DNA of 64,000 nt from Spirochaetia bacterium (lineage in GTDB: Bacteria; Spirochaetota; Spirochaetia; DSM-2461): contig CAXXIA010000001.1 of assembly GCA_963666985.2 (NCBI GenBank), positions 96,001 to 160,000 of the forward strand, in the 5' to 3' direction. This document shows positions 1-10,554 of this stretch, piece by piece. The first letter of the stretch is position 1. Every line of letters begins with the position of its first letter. Below the pieces are notes generated by a model. It did not search any database. It was given only the letters and a program-made list of their open reading frames with translations, and was not told where the DNA came from. Made by a program: the position numbers and the translations under genes.

Positions 1-957
1 TTTCTGCTGTTCCTGATGAAGTTTTTATTAAGGACTCAAGGTGGAATCATTATTCCGGAAGATCTTTCTATTCGTCTGTTTTACCCCTTTTTGGTTTTCG
101 GCCTGGCCGGTGTGGCCTTATCGAAAAATAAGGGAATCGTGGAAAAAGAATTTCTTTCACACCATAAGGGAACCGGACTGGTTCTGACCTTTACGGCGCT
201 GCTTCTTGTTTGTATCACCGGCTTGTCGCTGCTTCTTATGCCTTTGATGAATACGGCGGCCGAAGCGGGTTACGACATTATGACTCATATTTCAAAACCC
301 ATCGGCGGACTGCTTGTTAGGATACTTCGTTTTCTTTTTCAGGGATCGCGGGCACGTTCATCGGTCGGCGCGAGCGGGGAAATGGGGGAAAATACGGCTA
401 TCCCGTTATCGGAAGACGATGCGGCGGGCGGTCTTTTGGAACGAATACTTTGCTATTTTCTCATGGGTACGGTAGCCGCAGTTGTGATTGGCTCTGTAGT
501 GCTGTTGGTTTGGTTTTTTGTACGGAAAATTTTATCCAGGACCAAAGTCACTGGGGATAAAGAGAAACAGTTCACGCTCTCCGATTTTTTTGTCTTGCTG
601 AAAGCCCGGCTGATACAGCTGATCGCAGTATTATCAACTTTTTTTCACCGTTTACTGCGCCGTTACTCCGGAATTGAAGATATCTATTTATCGTTCCTTC
701 GCTGGGGGCGGCGAGGAGGTATGGAGAGACGGAAGAATGAAACGCCGGAAGAATACCGGTTTCGTCTTTCGGCGGTTTATCCTTTTTTAGAGAATGAGAT
801 TAACTCTATATCGGAGTCTTTTATCCTGGCCTATTACGGACCTGCCGAATCCGGGAATTTGAACCTTGATAATGCCGGCAGGGAGGCCGTGGCTTTACGC
901 CGCCTGAAAAGCGCAAGATTTTTCTTTCCGCGGGTAAAGGTTTGGCTGAAGAGGTAA
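1..957 (+). CDS. Membrane protein with C-terminal DUF4129-like domain (5'-truncated by window edge)
   Basis: Frame open from base 1; several TM segments; C-terminal 'YLSFLRW..GMERRKNETPEEY...FILAYYG' resembles DUF4129. Confidence 0.65.
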   Translation, partial: FLLFLMKFLLRTQGGIIIPEDLSIRLFYPFLVFGLAGVALSKNKGIVEKEFLSHHKGTGLVLTFTALLLVCITGLSLLLMPLMNTAAEAGYDIMTHISKPIGGLLVRILRFLFQGSRARSSVGASGEMGENTAIPLSEDDAAGGLLERILCYFLMGTVAAVVIGSVVLLVWFFVRKILSRTKVTGDKEKQFTLSDFFVLLKARLIQLIAVLSTFFHRLLRRYSGIEDIYLSFLRWGRRGGMERRKNETPEEYRFRLSAVYPFLENEINSISESFILAYYGPAESGNLNLDNAGREAVALRRLKSARFFFPRVKVWLKR

Positions 958-1089
958 GGGCGCTGGCTGGTCCGGGCCTTAATCAGGATTCTTTATTGGC
1001 ATTCAAGCGCGAGTTCACGCCGCTTTACCGAAATGGTCCTATGATGTCGCTACACTCGGTTCTCGCAGGTATGTTTTATATTTACGGAG

Positions 1090-1205
1090 CTAAAAAAAAC
1101 GCCGTTTCCGAATAATAACATTATCCGAAAACGACGCTCCGCGAAGGGATCTCGATATAGGCCCTCGGGAAAAGGAGGAAACCCCGGGCCTTTATTTTCA
1201 CTGTT
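1090..1205 (-). ncRNA. Candidate small RNA with UUUCCUCCUUUU loop and intrinsic terminator
   Basis: Hairpin GGCCCGGGG-UUUCCUCCUUUU-CCCGAGGGCC followed by an 18-bp terminator stem and U-tract; no ORF. Confidence 0.45.
1092..1137 (-). terminator. Rho-independent terminator
   Basis: 18-bp stem pairs fully (with G-U wobbles) only on the minus strand, followed by a U run (A8 on + at 1092-1099). Confidence 0.8.
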
Positions 1206-1348
1206 TCTACAACGAGAACCACCGAAAGAATGCGGGGTTACGTGAAAAAAGAAAATTTTTTTAAGTCTTCGAAAGTTCTTTCACTTTAGAGCCGTAATTC
1301 TTCAGAAAAGCGGCCGCCGGCGGGGCGTTCCCGGAGATATTGATTTCG

Positions 1349-1798
1349 TTATTGAATTTCTTTCATATCAGGATCGGAAGCGGCGCCGGCCGTTTTCATA
1401 AAGTCGTGTTCTTTTCGGATATGCCGGATATAGGCATCCACGCTCCATGCGGCGCCGGTTTCGGTTACCATGGCGAAGGCGGCATCCGCATCAGGCGGTA
1501 GAATCGCTTTGAAGCTGCGCATCAGATTTACGGCTTGCCTTTTATCGGCTCCGGCGATAAGAGCGCTTCGTTTACCCCCGCTTCGAGGCGTACCTCCGGG
1601 CCAGATGCCTTCCGCAACGGCTTTAACCGCTTCATGAGTGATTTGCCGTGCCACAATATCCGTTATCGGAGCAACCGTCACGGCCGAAGCATCGCCGCCG
1701 TCATCCGCGTAAGCCGAAAGGGCGTTTTGAGCCTCTTTTTTGGCGAAACCATCCAAAAGGATGACGATTTTTGTTTCCGTATTCAGAGTATTACTCAT
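1349..1798 (-). CDS. DUF3783-like protein
   Basis: C-terminal 'FAMVTETGAAWSVDAYIRHIRKEHDFM' resembles the DUF3783 motif; start reassigned to ATG at 1798. Confidence 0.65.
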   Translation of the reverse strand: MSNTLNTETKIVILLDGFAKKEAQNALSAYADDGGDASAVTVAPITDIVARQITHEAVKAVAEGIWPGGTPRSGGKRSALIAGADKRQAVNLMRSFKAILPPDADAAFAMVTETGAAWSVDAYIRHIRKEHDFMKTAGAASDPDMKEIQ

Positions 1799-2034
1799 GA
1801 AATCACTATAGCGGCCCTCGGAATAAAGTAAAACGGCGGGTTCGCGAAGACCGTTCCCGAACCCGCCCTTAAAGGCCGATGTCCGGGATTCCCCCTTTTG
1901 ATTTGGAATTCCTTTCCGGCATGTAATCATTGATTGTTTGCCCCGAAACCGATCCGTTTCTATTTTATTCTTAAGTGAAATGAAACAGTAAACCTCATTT
2001 TAAGAGTCATGATTTTCTTGGAGGAGTTGGAAAT

Positions 2035-4608
2035 ATGCAGGATCGATATACCATAAAAAGCCGCGAGGCTCTGGAAGCCGCCGGCCGCATCTCTGATGAC
2101 GCCGGTCATGCGCAGTTGGAAGTTGAGCACATTCTTGCCGCCCTGATTCGTCAGGAGGACGGCATCGTACCCCATCTTCTTTCACGATTGGGAGTGGCGA
2201 CCGGAGCTCTTGATACCGATATTACGGCTTTGCTGAACGCCAAGCCCCGAGCTTACGGTGATACGGTTCAGAAAAGTATGGCCGCTTCTGCGGCCGGTAT
2301 TCTTCGTTCCGCGGAAAAAGAGGCGGATAATCTTAAGGATGAATATGTCTCGGTGGAGCATATTCTTCTGGCCATATCCGGCTCGAAAGGACCCGCGGCC
2401 GATCTTTTGAAGCGTCATGGCGCCGACAGGAATGCTCTGCTTAACGCACTCAAAGAGGTTCGGGGCGGTCGCCGCGTTACCGACGAGGATCCCGAAGGAA
2501 AGTTCCGGGCCCTGGAAAAATATACCGTCGATTTAACTCAGCGGGCCCGGCAGGGGAAGCTGGATCCGGTTATCGGGCGGGATGATGAGGTCCGGCGTGT
2601 TATGCAGGTTCTCTCCCGCCGAACCAAGAATAATCCGGTTCTCATCGGCGAGCCGGGAACGGGTAAAACTGCCATCGTCGAGGGGCTGGCCGGTCGTATC
2701 GTGGCGGGCGATGTTCCCGATTCCCTCAAAGGCAAACGTCTTCTGGCGCTGGATATGGGCGCTTTGGTGGCCGGGGCCAAGTACCGCGGCGAGTTTGAAG
2801 AACGTCTGAAGGGCGTTATCCAGGATGTCTCGGCGACCGATGGAAACATCATCCTTTTTATTGATGAGCTGCACACGGTTATGGGCGCCGGTGCCGCCGA
2901 GGGCGGTACGGATGCGTCGAATCTTTTAAAGCCTGCTCTGGCGCGCGGAGAACTCCATACAATCGGAGCCACCACTCTGGACGAGTACCGAAAGCATATC
3001 GAAAAAGACGCCGCTTTCGAGAGGCGTTTCCAGCAGGTGATGGTAACCGAGCCTTCGGTGGAAGACACCATTTCCATTCTTCGGGGCCTTAGGGAACGCT
3101 ACGAGGTGCATCACGGGGTACAGATTCGGGATGAGGCGCTTATCGCGGCCGCGACTCTTTCCAACCGCTACATTACAAGCCGTTTCCTGCCGGACAAGGC
3201 CATCGACCTTGTGGATGAAGCGGCCAGCCGGGTGAAAATGGAAATTGAAAGCCAGCCGGTGGAATTGGATGCGCTGGAACGAAAGATTCTTCAGATGCAG
3301 ATTGAGAAGAAAAGTCTGGAGAGGGAAAAAGATGCGGCCTCCAAGGATCGTTTGTCGACCTTGGGCCGGGAATTGGCCGATTTGACTTCCGAACGTGACG
3401 CTCTGAAAGTCCAATGGGAAAACGAAAAAGGCGCCATCGAGGAAATCCGGATTATTAAGCAGAATATCGAGGAATTGGGTCAGAAAGCGGCCCAGGCCGA
3501 ACGGGCCGGTGATTTGAACGCCGCCGCGGAGATGATCCACGGCCGGCTTCCCGCGGCCAAGGCGGCGCTGGAAGAGAAAACAGCCCGCCTTAAGGAGCTT
3601 CAGGGCGAGAACAGCCTTCTCCGGGAAGAAATCGGCGAAGAGGATATCGCCCGCGTGGTTTCCGCGTGGACCGGCATTCCCGTTTCCAAGATGATGGCTT
3701 CCGAGAGGGAAAAGTATCTCGAACTGGAATCCATCCTCAAGCGGCGCGTGGTGGGGCAGGATGCCGCCGTCAACGCTGTCGCGGACGCGGTGCGCCGAAA
3801 CAGAAGCGGACTGGCCGATCCGGACCGGCCTTTGGGATCATTTATATTCCTGGGACCCACCGGCGTGGGCAAAACCGAATTGGCCCGCACTCTGGCGGCC
3901 TTCCTTTTCGACGACGAGAGGGCTTTAACCCGTATCGACATGAGCGAATATATGGAGAAATTCGCCGTATCCCGGCTGGTGGGAGCTCCTCCGGGATACG
4001 TCGGCTATGAAGAAGGGGGACAGCTGACCGAAGCCGTGCGCCGGAGGCCGTATTCGGTGGTGCTCTTCGACGAGATTGAAAAGGCCCATCCGGATGTTTT
4101 CGATCTTTTGCTTCAGCTGCTGGACGACGGCCGTCTCACCGACAGCCAGGGGCGCGTGGTGGACTTCCGCCATGCCATCATCATCATGACCAGCAACCTG
4201 GGTTCCGGCGTGATTCTTGAGAAGGGCGTAACCGATGAAACCCGTGCCGTCCTGGATGAGCGGCTCAAGGCGGCCTTTAAGCCTGAGTTCCTGAACCGAA
4301 TCGACGAGATTATTATTTTTGAGTCTTTGGGCAAAGAGCAGATTCGTTCCATTCTGGATATTCTCGCTTCCCGGCTGGCCGGCCGTTTGGCGGAAAAGCG
4401 GATGACTTTGAAGCTCACCGACGCGGCCAAGGATTTTATCGCCGAGAGGGGATTTGATCCGGCTTTCGGGGCCAGGCCTTTGCGGCGGGCCCTCCGTGAT
4501 TTGGTGGAAAACCCCCTTGCACGGCGGCTTTTGGCCGGGGAATTCGCCGAGGGCGATACGATTTCGGCCGATGAGGGAAACGGAGAGATTCTTTTCCGGA
4601 AGGTCTGA
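2035..4608 (+). CDS. clpB: ATP-dependent disaggregase ClpB
   Basis: Clp N-repeats, two AAA+ modules ([16 protein letters not shown]), long coiled-coil M domain, 857 aa, GGAGG SD. Confidence 0.96.
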   Translation: MQDRYTIKSREALEAAGRISDDAGHAQLEVEHILAALIRQEDGIVPHLLSRLGVATGALDTDITALLNAKPRAYGDTVQKSMAASAAGILRSAEKEADNLKDEYVSVEHILLAISGSKGPAADLLKRHGADRNALLNALKEVRGGRRVTDEDPEGKFRALEKYTVDLTQRARQGKLDPVIGRDDEVRRVMQVLSRRTKNNPVLIGEPGTGKTAIVEGLAGRIVAGDVPDSLKGKRLLALDMGALVAGAKYRGEFEERLKGVIQDVSATDGNIILFIDELHTVMGAGAAEGGTDASNLLKPALARGELHTIGATTLDEYRKHIEKDAAFERRFQQVMVTEPSVEDTISILRGLRERYEVHHGVQIRDEALIAAATLSNRYITSRFLPDKAIDLVDEAASRVKMEIESQPVELDALERKILQMQIEKKSLEREKDAASKDRLSTLGRELADLTSERDALKVQWENEKGAIEEIRIIKQNIEELGQKAAQAERAGDLNAAAEMIHGRLPAAKAALEEKTARLKELQGENSLLREEIGEEDIARVVSAWTGIPVSKMMASEREKYLELESILKRRVVGQDAAVNAVADAVRRNRSGLADPDRPLGSFIFLGPTGVGKTELARTLAAFLFDDERALTRIDMSEYMEKFAVSRLVGAPPGYVGYEEGGQLTEAVRRRPYSVVLFDEIEKAHPDVFDLLLQLLDDGRLTDSQGRVVDFRHAIIIMTSNLGSGVILEKGVTDETRAVLDERLKAAFKPEFLNRIDEIIIFESLGKEQIRSILDILASRLAGRLAEKRMTLKLTDAAKDFIAERGFDPAFGARPLRRALRDLVENPLARRLLAGEFAEGDTISADEGNGEILFRKV

Positions 4609-4679
4609 TTTTTTAAGGGCGGCGGCGTACCTTTATCGGTACATCGCCGCATGTTTCCCTACATTCCCGCGATTCCGAT

Positions 4680-6218
4680 TTACTCCGTGATTTCCAGAGC
4701 GTCGTTGAAGAGGTTTTTAAGGTCTGAAGAATCGTTCCGGAACAGATACACGACATCCATGCACGCCAGAACATCGGAAGCCTCTTTGATTCTTCCCATA
4801 AAAAAGGCTTCCGATATGAATGCGCCGACTTTTTCATCGGTCAGCACGGCGGCGGCATTGCCCCAGATATGCTGAACCATGCCGTAAATATCGTTCTCAA
4901 GAACTTCGCATTTCAGTCCCAGTTTCGTCGCAAGACCATTCGCAAAAGATCCTTTCTGAACGGCGACTTTCAATCCGGAAAGTTTTTCCGGGCTTGTTTT
5001 TACTCCGTCGAGGGTAAACAGCCGAATCCGGAATTGTTCATAGGGTTTTGAAGCGACGACAGGATCATTTTTAAAAACTTCGTTCGGCCATCCCACGTTC
5101 ATGAGAACATCGATTTTTCCGTTGAGAAACTTGGGGTAGATATCCGCCCATTGGCCGCCGGAGAATTCCATGTTCCGATTCAGCTGTGCTTCGATACGCT
5201 GTGTCCGATCCACGCTTATTCCCTTCGGAACGCCCTGCTTGACATAGGTCCATGGCGGGTATGCGACATCATGACCTATCAGCAGGCTTTTTTCGCTTGT
5301 GACGGTTTTGGAGAGTGCCGCTTGCGGAAGGTTCTTCTCAAGCGCCGAAATATTCTCAAGAACTTCGGAATTAATATCTTCATAGATGCCGACGGCCGTT
5401 TCCACAAAAGGAAGCCGGGTAAGTGTCTTTTCGCCCGCTCCATGAATGGTATCCAGAAAGCCCAGCAGTGAAGAGGTGCTTTCTGCCTGCTCTCCGACAT
5501 GAGTGATGATGGAAGTAATGCTTTCATCCAGGGAATTCAGTCCGTCCGACGAGTCGGATATATCCCGGCCGGTTGATTCGATTGTTTCGAGTACTTTTTT
5601 CTGAATACTTCCGTGCTTCGAGAGTTTTTCCGCGGCATTCGCCAATTCGGTATTCAGATTCGAAAGCACGCCGTTGATGCCGTCGGTGTTCTCACGGCTT
5701 CGTTCCGCGAGTTTCTGAACTTCTTTGGCCACGACTTTGAAGCCCCGTCCCGCTTCGCCGGCCCTTGCCGCTTCGATGGCCGCGTTCAGCGCCAGAAGGT
5801 TGGTCAGTTCCGCGATATCGTTGATATGCTCTATAAAGCCGATAACCGCCTGTATGGATGCGTCAAGCCGTGTAAACACATCGGTCAGTTCCGAATATCC
5901 GTTGTCCAGTTCCTTAATGGAATCCGTTGCCGAGGATATGGATTCAACGGAGTTTTTTGAAGCCTTGATGTATTCCCTGATTTTTTCCAAAGAAAGGTTT
6001 ACAAGTTCGGCGACTTCCTCGGCTCCGCCGTTAACCTTTTTTAAGTCGTCGAAGGCCTCATCGATTTGTTCCTGTATATTCGATGTTGAGCGAATATATT
6101 CTTTCTGGAACATCATGATTATGTCGAATATCTGTTTTGATTCTATTCCCTGCCCTCGAAGGTCGTTCTTGATGAGTATCGCTTCCTGCCATTGTGATTC
6201 GGGTTCGCTTTGCCGCAT
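4680..6218 (-). CDS. Soluble methyl-accepting chemotaxis protein with C-terminal family-3 solute-binding domain
   Basis: MCP tip '[37 protein letters not shown]'; C-terminal '[10 protein letters not shown]...GISVD...KVAVQKGS' PBP2 motifs; no TM segment; GGAGG SD. Confidence 0.85.
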   Translation of the reverse strand: MRQSEPESQWQEAILIKNDLRGQGIESKQIFDIIMMFQKEYIRSTSNIQEQIDEAFDDLKKVNGGAEEVAELVNLSLEKIREYIKASKNSVESISSATDSIKELDNGYSELTDVFTRLDASIQAVIGFIEHINDIAELTNLLALNAAIEAARAGEAGRGFKVVAKEVQKLAERSRENTDGINGVLSNLNTELANAAEKLSKHGSIQKKVLETIESTGRDISDSSDGLNSLDESITSIITHVGEQAESTSSLLGFLDTIHGAGEKTLTRLPFVETAVGIYEDINSEVLENISALEKNLPQAALSKTVTSEKSLLIGHDVAYPPWTYVKQGVPKGISVDRTQRIEAQLNRNMEFSGGQWADIYPKFLNGKIDVLMNVGWPNEVFKNDPVVASKPYEQFRIRLFTLDGVKTSPEKLSGLKVAVQKGSFANGLATKLGLKCEVLENDIYGMVQHIWGNAAAVLTDEKVGAFISEAFFMGRIKEASDVLACMDVVYLFRNDSSDLKNLFNDALEITE

Positions 6219-6395
6219 TATAAGTCCTCCGGGAGCTTATTGTAATTGATGCACCGGCAGGAGTGGAAAAGAAATTTGTTCGGGAGTCTTAAGTCTCGGC
6301 CGTGCGCGTCGACGTTTCGTTCGAATGGATAATTGCCGAGGAAACGGACTTCGGCGGTTCCGCCCGTTTTATACGGTAAGCGTTCCCGTATGAAA

Positions 6396-7928
6396 TCAGC
6401 GCTTCAAATAGGAAAGCTGGGCAGGCAGAACGATGTTGTTGCCGAATCTATCCTCTCCGTATCCGTTTTCGGCCAGGACGCGGATGTCTTCGAGAACCCG
6501 CATGTCTCCCTGGAAACAGACGGTGTCGTCGCTGACGATATCGATTTTGCCCATGGCCAAATACAGAGCGATTCCCCGTTTGATGAATTCCGCGAGCGTC
6601 TCATTTTCATAGGGGGAAAGATCTTTAAAAGAGAAGTCGTTGTCGTAGATCATGATTTTTTGTTTTTCAAGAAGATCCAGGAAAATCACCCGGAGAATTT
6701 TTTTCATCAGCTTTTCGTCATAGGATGAAGCCGCGTCGTTTTTGATCAGCTTGTGCTCCATGACGTAGCGGGCCACCGCATCGCGTTTACGGCGGTTCAG
6801 TTCTTCGTTGGCCCGAAAAAGTTCCAGCGGAAGCGAGGCATCGTAGATGGCCGTGCCGAGAATCATTTTGACTTCGCTGCCGTAATGGATGGCGATTTTG
6901 GCGATGAGCGTGGAAGGCCTGACGTGGAACCCCCGGTAATTGGGAATGGGAACCTCGATTTCACCGTGAACCGCGTAGTCTTTTAAAATCTCTCGGCACA
7001 GTTCCTGCGCGACTCCGATGTATCTTTCGGCGTAAGCGACGAAGTATCCGACGATGAGACCGAGCAGCGCTTTATTGGAAATGGAAGCTTTAAGTTTCTT
7101 GTTCCAGTGCTTTTGGGCATGACGTTCGTAAAAATGGATCAGCGTAACTCCGGTATCCAGCAGATGATAAATAACGGTGATTTGCCCTCTCATCAGCGGA
7201 ATCTTTTTGTCTTTCTCCGCGATTTCCGATCCGGCCAGATATGTATCGTAGAGAGATTGGAGGTTATGGAAGCTGTTTGAGAGCTCTCGGATTCGTTCTT
7301 CACTGATGATGCTCGGAATGCATGTGTGGTATTCGGAAGGATCAAGTTTTCGATGAACGTCCAAACAGCAGCTTTCTTCGGCAAGATTCAGCAGCGATGT
7401 TGCGAGGTAAACGGCTTTGCTTTGGGGATCTTGAACGATTTTTCGCTTGCGGTTCGCCTTAAGAATCCCCTGAATCGGCACATCCCGGAATCGGTAGTCT
7501 TGCAGCGGCCTTAAATCTTCGTCGAGTTTCATTCTTCCGGCGACTTTCATAAAGCTTCCGGCCGAGGCGGAGAAGGCATCCAGGAGTGTGTGCAGAGCCT
7601 CCAGGGTGGCCGTGGAGAAATCGCCTTCCACATCGAGAAGGTTGTAGCCCGATGATGCGTAATGAATATGAAAAAGATTATAAGTAACCCTGCTGAAGGC
7701 TTTGGCGACGGCGGCGGCCATGCGAAACGGAGCCCAGTATTCGTTCCATGGGGCACCGTATGCGTCGAGCATTTCTTCGCATTTTGATGCCTCAAGGAGG
7801 AGCCGCCCGATTAAAGGCCTGGGTATTTCGTGAGGATTAAGGGCCGTCATCGCCGAAGAGAGTGATATAAAATCCCTCAGATCGGGTTGGATCAGCGGGC
7901 CGAGTTCTTCATCCTTGATGATATGCAT
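6396..7928 (-). CDS. Large HPr-domain-containing protein (split HPr fold)
   Basis: 'GFHVRPSTLIAKIAIHYGSEV' HPr His15 signature in the C-terminal third; likely start ATG 7928. Confidence 0.75.
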   Translation of the reverse strand: MHIIKDEELGPLIQPDLRDFISLSSAMTALNPHEIPRPLIGRLLLEASKCEEMLDAYGAPWNEYWAPFRMAAAVAKAFSRVTYNLFHIHYASSGYNLLDVEGDFSTATLEALHTLLDAFSASAGSFMKVAGRMKLDEDLRPLQDYRFRDVPIQGILKANRKRKIVQDPQSKAVYLATSLLNLAEESCCLDVHRKLDPSEYHTCIPSIISEERIRELSNSFHNLQSLYDTYLAGSEIAEKDKKIPLMRGQITVIYHLLDTGVTLIHFYERHAQKHWNKKLKASISNKALLGLIVGYFVAYAERYIGVAQELCREILKDYAVHGEIEVPIPNYRGFHVRPSTLIAKIAIHYGSEVKMILGTAIYDASLPLELFRANEELNRRKRDAVARYVMEHKLIKNDAASSYDEKLMKKILRVIFLDLLEKQKIMIYDNDFSFKDLSPYENETLAEFIKRGIALYLAMGKIDIVSDDTVCFQGDMRVLEDIRVLAENGYGEDRFGNNIVLPAQLSYLKR

Positions 7929-8025
7929 TGCCACCGCTCTTCCTTTGGTCATACTTTTCTTGTGAAAATTTTGCAATACTCAATTGGCGTATCGGGATAA
8001 AAAACGGTAATACTATGGAGTATTC

Positions 8026-8883
8026 ATGCAAGATCAACAAGAAAACTTCATTTTATCCTGGCATCCGGCTCCCCAAGCATCAAACGGCGAAGAGATAATT
8101 CTTCTGGTCTGTCGGCCCGGAGGCGATGTTCTGCAGGCGGTCGGAGCCGAACCCGGATTCCCGTCTTGGCCCGGCAATGCTCCTTTCCCGCAGGAATGGC
8201 CGCGGCTCCGGATCGGCGGAATCGGCGGTAAAGCGGTCTGGCTTGCGGTTGCGCCCTTGGATGCGCCCTTGGATGCGCCGCCTCCCGACGGAACCGAATG
8301 GAACAGTCCCCGTCATCTGCTGGTTGGACTTAATATACCGCAAACCGAAGCGCTTTCACGGGCGTCCATGCTCGCGAGCTGGGATTTCGATCATCGTTTT
8401 TGCGGCCGCTGCGGGACGGCGACCGTTCTTGATGCGAACGAGGCGGCCCGGGTTTGTCCTTCCTGTGCGTTCCGTTCCTATCCCCGGGTTTCTCCGGCGA
8501 TGATCGTCAGGATTACCGACGGATCCAGAATCCTTTTGGGACACAATGCCCGTTTCCCCGAAGGTGTTTACAGCTGTATCGCCGGTTATGTCGAACCGGG
8601 GGAAACACTGGAGAAAACCGTTGTCCGGGAAATCAAGGAGGAAGTGGGGCTGGATGTTCTCACGGCCCGATACGTCAGATCGCAGGCCTGGCCTCTGCCG
8701 CATTCCCTGATGCTCGGATTCGAAGCGGAGGCCGTCGGCGATCCGGTTCCCGACGGTGTGGAAATAACCGACGCCCGATGGTTCGACGCGGATAATCTTC
8801 CTCATATTCCGCGTCAGGGAACCATTGCGCGTTCTTTGATTGATGACTGGCTTACGAGTCTGAAAAATCATCCGCCGGATTGA
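8026..8883 (+). CDS. nudC: NAD(H) diphosphatase NudC
   Basis: Zn ribbon (FCGRCG...CPSC), Nudix box GYVEPGETLEKTVVREIKEEVG, SQAWPLPHSLM motif. Confidence 0.92.
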   Translation: MQDQQENFILSWHPAPQASNGEEIILLVCRPGGDVLQAVGAEPGFPSWPGNAPFPQEWPRLRIGGIGGKAVWLAVAPLDAPLDAPPPDGTEWNSPRHLLVGLNIPQTEALSRASMLASWDFDHRFCGRCGTATVLDANEAARVCPSCAFRSYPRVSPAMIVRITDGSRILLGHNARFPEGVYSCIAGYVEPGETLEKTVVREIKEEVGLDVLTARYVRSQAWPLPHSLMLGFEAEAVGDPVPDGVEITDARWFDADNLPHIPRQGTIARSLIDDWLTSLKNHPPD

Positions 8884-8944
8884 CGGGGCCGGCTGATCGG
8901 CGGGGCCGGGAGCGGTTTCGGCGGATCGGCCGATTCTCTCTCGT

Positions 8945-8973
8945 TTCCCATAAGGCGGCAAGGACGGTATACT
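8945..8973 (+). promoter_or_regulatory. Sigma70-like promoter of argH
   Basis: TTCCCA-N17-TATACT. Confidence 0.5.
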
Positions 8974-9060
8974 GGGCGGACTATCGGCAAGTTCGGCAAA
9001 CCGCCGGCAGGCCGGCGAGCGGCGGGACTTGCCGCCGGATGTTCGGAGGCTTAAGGAATT

Positions 9061-10425
9061 ATGGGAAAACTGTGGTCTAAAGGGTATGAACTCAACGAAT
9101 TGGTGGAACAATTCACCGTCGGTGAGGACTATATCCTCGATAAGCGCTTGATTCCCGCCGATATCGCCGGAAGTCTGGCCCATGCGACGATGCTGGAATC
9201 GGTCGGACTTCTCAGTTCGGAAGAACTCGCCAAGCTTCGCCGGGGTCTTTTAACCATCCTCGAAGAGCATGAAAGCGGGACGTTCACAATCGCCCGATCC
9301 GATGAAGACGGTCATACCGCCATTGAAAACAGATTGGTGGAATTAACCGGCGACGCCGGGAAACGGATTCATTTGGGCCGCAGCCGCAACGATCAGGTGC
9401 TCACCACAACCCGGATTTGGATGCGTCAGTTTCTTTTCAACGCCGTTAAAGCCGGAGGAGATCTGGTTTCCGATTTGCTGGATTTCGCCGAAGCGCATAA
9501 AAACGTGCCTATGCCCGGACGGACTCACATGCAGCCGGCCATGCCCTCTTCGGTCGGTCTCTGGGCCGGGGGGTTCGCGGAGCAGCTTCTGGACGACATG
9601 CGGAATCTTGCCGCGCAGTATCCTTTTTTCGACCAATGTCCGCTGGGTTCTGCCGCCGGATACGGAACGCCGCTTCCCGTCGATCGGGAAATGACCGCCT
9701 CGCTTTTAGGCTTTTCCCGGGTTCAGGTGAATGTTGTTTACGGGGGACTCAGCCGCGGCAAATTCGAATCGAGGCTTCTGGACTCTCTGGACCAGATTGC
9801 CATTACTTTAAGTAAATTCGCGACGGATTTGATTCTGTATTCCCTGCCGGAATTCGGCTATTTCACGCTCCCGCAGGAACTTTGTACCGGATCGAGCATT
9901 ATGCCGCAGAAACGCAATCCCGACGGGCTGGAACTTATGAGGGCTAAGGCTGCGGCAGTAGGCGGCTGGGCTCAGCAGGTGAAAGGGATTATCCGTTCGC
10001 TTCCCTCCGGATACAACCGTGATTATCAGGATACCAAGGGGCCGATGATGCGGGCCGCCGATACCGCGCTGGCCATGATGGCCGTGGCGGGTTTAAGCGT
10101 TAGGGAACTCAAAGTGAATGAGGATGTCCTGATCGGGGCTTTCGGCGACGGGGTGTTCGCCACCGATGCCGCCTTCGCTTTGGTTGCTCAAGGAATGAGC
10201 TTCCGCGACGCCTACCGCGAAGTGGGCACTCATCCCGAAAAGTACGGCGGCAAGGATCCCAGGGAAGCCATCGCCGACAGAACCGCCGTCGGGACGGCCG
10301 GGAATCCGCGGCCGGATATCGCGCGCAGGGGTTTGGAAGATTTGCTCTCGGAGAATGCCGTTCGGGAGTCGGCTGTGAATGAAGCCCTGGAAAGTCTTCT
10401 GGGCCGGAATATCGCCGTTATTTGA
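9061..10425 (+). CDS. argH: Argininosuccinate lyase
   Basis: 'IHLGRSRNDQV', 'MPGRTHMQPA', 'GSSIMPQKRNPD', 'LPSGYNRD' signatures. Confidence 0.93.
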   Translation: MGKLWSKGYELNELVEQFTVGEDYILDKRLIPADIAGSLAHATMLESVGLLSSEELAKLRRGLLTILEEHESGTFTIARSDEDGHTAIENRLVELTGDAGKRIHLGRSRNDQVLTTTRIWMRQFLFNAVKAGGDLVSDLLDFAEAHKNVPMPGRTHMQPAMPSSVGLWAGGFAEQLLDDMRNLAAQYPFFDQCPLGSAAGYGTPLPVDREMTASLLGFSRVQVNVVYGGLSRGKFESRLLDSLDQIAITLSKFATDLILYSLPEFGYFTLPQELCTGSSIMPQKRNPDGLELMRAKAAAVGGWAQQVKGIIRSLPSGYNRDYQDTKGPMMRAADTALAMMAVAGLSVRELKVNEDVLIGAFGDGVFATDAAFALVAQGMSFRDAYREVGTHPEKYGGKDPREAIADRTAVGTAGNPRPDIARRGLEDLLSENAVRESAVNEALESLLGRNIAVI

Positions 10426-10554
10426 ATCGCCGAAGGAATCGCCGAAGAGAAGAATCGGCCGCGCAGATACGCCTTTGGGCAGACTCGGCACCGCAATCTC
10501 GCGGGTTTTAAGGCGGCCGTTCCTGCGCCGATGGAGATGTGGGTCTGCGGCGGT

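Noticed and set aside
8251..8279. 12-bp tandem duplication in nudC (APLDAPLDAP)
   Set aside because: Small in-frame duplication in the variable N-terminal region; no evident significance.
10424..10447. 12-bp direct repeat GAATCGCCGAAG after argH as an insertion target-site duplication
   Set aside because: The copies are adjacent, with no element between them.
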